Under the pieces are notes generated by a model. That model was not told where the DNA came from. It did not search any database and worked only from the letters and a program-made list of their open reading frames with translations. From a virus, in IMG/VR virus record IMGVR_UViG_3300036985_003683, positions 23,019 through 87,018 of that record: a stretch of 64,000 bases of DNA; one strand, written 5' to 3'. The position numbers and the translations under genes were made by a program. Positions 63,172-64,000 of the stretch are shown here, in pieces (within the stretch, counting starts at the first letter, position 1; every line of letters starts with the position of its first letter).

Positions 63172-63999
63172 TTATCGCCTATTGGAGGAAATGACTGTAA
63201 CGGACGTTTCTGCTGCTGACACTCTAGTTGTAACGCGATTTGCTGCACTGGCACTCGTTAGACTATTGATGGGTGCTGATACTCTAGTTGTAACGCGATT
63301 TGCTGCACTGACACTCGTTAGACTATTGATGGGTGCTGATACGTAGATCGGTGGCACCATGGGGATGATCACGGACGGAGCAAAAGTGGCAAATACCAAC
63401 TCCACAGTAGTTGGAGTAGCTATCGCATCTAAACGAATTGTCGGAGCAAATTGGGAAAGGGTTAAACTGAGTGTGGAAGGAATGACTGTTAGAGAAACAG
63501 CGACAGTAGGGGCAAGTGTTGATAACGAGAGAGGGAGCGTTACAGGCGTTACTGTCTGGTTGAGAGTTACAGTAGCTACAGGAGCAAACGTCGTAAGCGT
63601 CAGAGTGAGAGTAGTTGGAGTGCAAAGTCTTGGAGCACTGACTACTGGGGCAAAGGTCGTAAGCGTCAGAGTAAGAGTAGTTGGAGTACAAAGTCGTGGG
63701 GCACTGACTACTGGAGCGAATGTAGTTAACGTCAAAGTATGTGTAGTTGGCGTTGCAATTAACGCAGACGTAACTACGGGAGCCAATGTCGAGAGAGTGA
63801 GGTTTACTGTTGACGGTGTACAAAGTCGCGGAGTACTAACTACTGGAGCAAAGGTAGTGAGTGTTAGAGGGAGAGTAGTTGGAGTAGCTATCGCATCTAA
63901 ACGAATTGTCGGAGCAAATTGGGAAAGGGTTAAACTGAGTGTGGAAGGAATGACTGTTAGAGAAACAGCGACAGTAGGGGCAAGTGTTGATAACGAGAG
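63172..63999 (-). CDS. Thr/Pro/Ser-rich repeat protein (5' end beyond the window)
   Basis: The frame stays open from 63172 to the window edge; repeats TPTTLTLTLTTFAPVV. Confidence 0.75.
   Translation of the reverse strand, partial: LSLSTLAPTVAVSLTVIPSTLSLTLSQFAPTIRLDAIATPTTLPLTLTTFAPVVSTPRLCTPSTVNLTLSTLAPVVTSALIATPTTHTLTLTTFAPVVSAPRLCTPTTLTLTLTTFAPVVSAPRLCTPTTLTLTLTTFAPVATVTLNQTVTPVTLPLSLSTLAPTVAVSLTVIPSTLSLTLSQFAPTIRLDAIATPTTVELVFATFAPSVIIPMVPPIYVSAPINSLTSVSAANRVTTRVSAPINSLTSASAANRVTTRVSAAETSVTVISSNRR
63214..63341. repeat. 60-bp tandem repeat (about 2 copies; VSAPINSLTSxSAANRVTTR)
   Basis: Direct inspection. Confidence 0.85.
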
Positions 64000-64000
64000 A
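63406..64000. repeat. Exact 127-bp direct repeat (63406-63532 = 63874-64000) plus ~66-bp degenerate units
   Basis: Direct inspection; offset 468 bp, in frame. Confidence 0.85.

Noticed and set aside
63323-63823. 166-aa Cys/Tyr/Ser-rich alternative-frame ORF
   Set aside because: It is a frame-shifted shadow of the Thr/Pro repeat gene.
63172-64000. Repeats as a CRISPR array or DGR template/variable repeat
   Set aside because: The units are in-frame coding repeats without unique spacers, the 127-bp pair is identical (no adenine-specific mismatches), and there is no reverse transcriptase or cas gene in the window.
1-64000. Stop-codon reassignment or tRNA genes
   Set aside because: Genes tile densely under the standard code and end in TAA, TAG and TGA; no cloverleaf or T-loop signature was seen in the short intergenic gaps (by eye only).

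Overview
The window is a 64-kb piece of a large tailed-phage genome, probably with a non-contractile tail (tube, chaperones and tape measure present, no sheath seen). Virtually all real genes are on the minus strand; the exception is one GNAT-like gene on plus. In transcription order (right to left) it holds: a Thr/Pro-rich repeat protein and head-tail adaptor; a block of exported proteins with a matrixin-like protease; protease/scaffold, decoration and major capsid genes; a first glycan/nucleotide block (GT9, heptose kinase, GDP-sugar enzyme, C-methyltransferase, GT2s, gat-queC, thyX); tail genes with a -1 frameshift chaperone; and a second glycan block of multidomain glycosyl/methyltransferases plus rmlC/rmlD. 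A replication/transcription block follows (SF2 helicase, NusG, primase-helicase, sigma factor, UDG-PolA, class II RNR, SSB, UvsY-like, RecA, CsrA), interleaved with a 7-deazaguanine DNA-modification pathway (queD, folE, dpdA-like, queE). The main leads are: (1) a very large self-contained glycan-building system with heptose, deoxy and methylated sugars embedded among virion genes, with a mucin-like candidate substrate; (2) a deazaguanine pathway carrying extra unexplained enzymes; (3) an unannotated 72-79 bp dyad element in three intergenic copies; (4) two related long hairpins whose loops can pair with the downstream ribosome-binding region; and (5) an MMP-like possible non-canonical lysis module. 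The CsrA sequence suggests a Planctomycetota host (inference). All protein calls come from motif recognition by eye; no database search was run.
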